DNA from: the human T2T-CHM13v2.0 reference genome, Homo sapiens
Assembly: GCF_009914755.1 (NCBI RefSeq)
Contig: NC_060938.1
Length of the DNA: 64,000 nucleotides
Reading direction: 5' to 3' (one strand)
Made by a program: the position numbers and the translations under genes. Positions 60,773 through 64,000 of the stretch are shown here, in pieces. Each line of letters opens with the position of its first letter. Position 1 is the first letter of the stretch. Below the pieces are notes generated by a model. That model saw only the letters and a program-made list of their open reading frames with translations, was not told where the DNA came from and searched no databases.

Positions 60773-61375
60773 TGTGAATTTTCATTTTTTAGTATATACA
60801 TTTTTGAGTTTTGTTTTGTTTTGTTTTTACAACGAGCCTATAGAGTACTTTTTAAATTAAAAGAAACAATGAAAAAATGAGAAAACGTTCATGGGAAATA
60901 AGAAAAAGGCAAGGAAACGGAAAATATATTCATTACTTTAGTCATTCCACAAATTTGTATAACGTGCCTTCTGTGCAGCAGGCTCCACATTAGGGACTGG
61001 CTACAGTGGCCAGTAAATACTTTCCTAATGGGCTTACTATACTCAACCTAAGAGTCACCTCTTGCAAGTTCTTGGCATTGGTGGAAAGTTAGGTTTTTTA
61101 CCCCTTGAAGCAGTAATGCCATTCCCAAAGCTTCTGAAGCTAAATGTTTATACTTTTGGGGGATTTCTAGGTCCAGTTAAAAGGGAAAAAAGCACAAAGC
61201 TTCAGAATACATGTGAATTTGCTTTAAAAAGTTGAAAGCACTATGTACATAGTAAATTGTGATTGTTTTCATATGTATCTTGAACAGCAGTGAAGTGTTC
61301 ATTGACAAATAAAAAGGGTGGTGGCTTTTTCATCCATTGGGAATTTTAACTCTATTTTCCAGGTACAGTTCTTAA

Positions 61376-62400
<1,025 letters not shown>

Positions 62401-62671
62401 GAGGGGGCATCTGTGCGGCCTTGTGTGAATTGCTTCAACCTCTTTGCTCTTCAGCCTCCTCATTCAGAAGGCAGAGATAATAGTGGACACTCACAGGGAT
62501 GTTAGAGGACCAAAGGGGAAAGTGGAGGGCACAATGCAGAGCCCAGAGCAAGTGCTCAGTTTGTGTTGGTCCCTGTCCTTTCCTGCTGGCAAGAACCCCT
62601 TCCTGACCTTAGTGAAAAACTATCAGAAAAGCTGCTGAGTGAGTATTGCCCCACCTTCTGATGAGACCTCT

Positions 62672-63785
<1,114 letters not shown>

Positions 63786-64000
63786 TCAAGGTGCTGAAAG
63801 AAGACAAATGGGACACTCAAATGGTGAAGAGAATTTAACATAGGGACTATGTGCAGAAGCGTGCATAGGGTTAGGGTGCTCAACAAGCAATGCTGAGGCC
63901 ATTAGCGTCTCTAGGTCTGAAAGGGTAAGAGGAGAGAGCAGAGATAATGGGACCATTATGGAGCTTCTTTGAGGGAGAGGGCTGCCTGACAGTGGCTGGG

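Overview
Primate (human-like) intergenic DNA with no intact protein-coding gene, tRNA, rRNA or CRISPR array. It is dominated by interspersed repeats: roughly 55-60 Alu/FLAM copies plus MIR, L2, L1 fragments, MaLR/ERV solo LTRs, and Tigger, Charlie and MER DNA transposons. Three processed pseudogenes cluster within about 16 kb: RPL21 (minus, ~12.7-14.6 kb), an RPL36AL-type copy (plus, ~15.6-16.4 kb) and PTBP1 (plus, ~26.1-28.5 kb). From memory this resembles human 14q23.3 (PTBP1P region), which I could not verify. Nearly all ORF-track entries are Alu or microsatellite artefacts. I found no convincing new biological system. The best signals are structural. An Alu and the PTBP1 retrocopy appear to share one pair of target-site duplications (TSDs), suggesting a chimeric retrotransposition. 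An old Alu carries a multi-step locally templated insertion. The retrocopies preserve specific mRNA isoforms, and two fold-back micro-inversions are present. Repeat family names are recognised by eye and boundaries are approximate.
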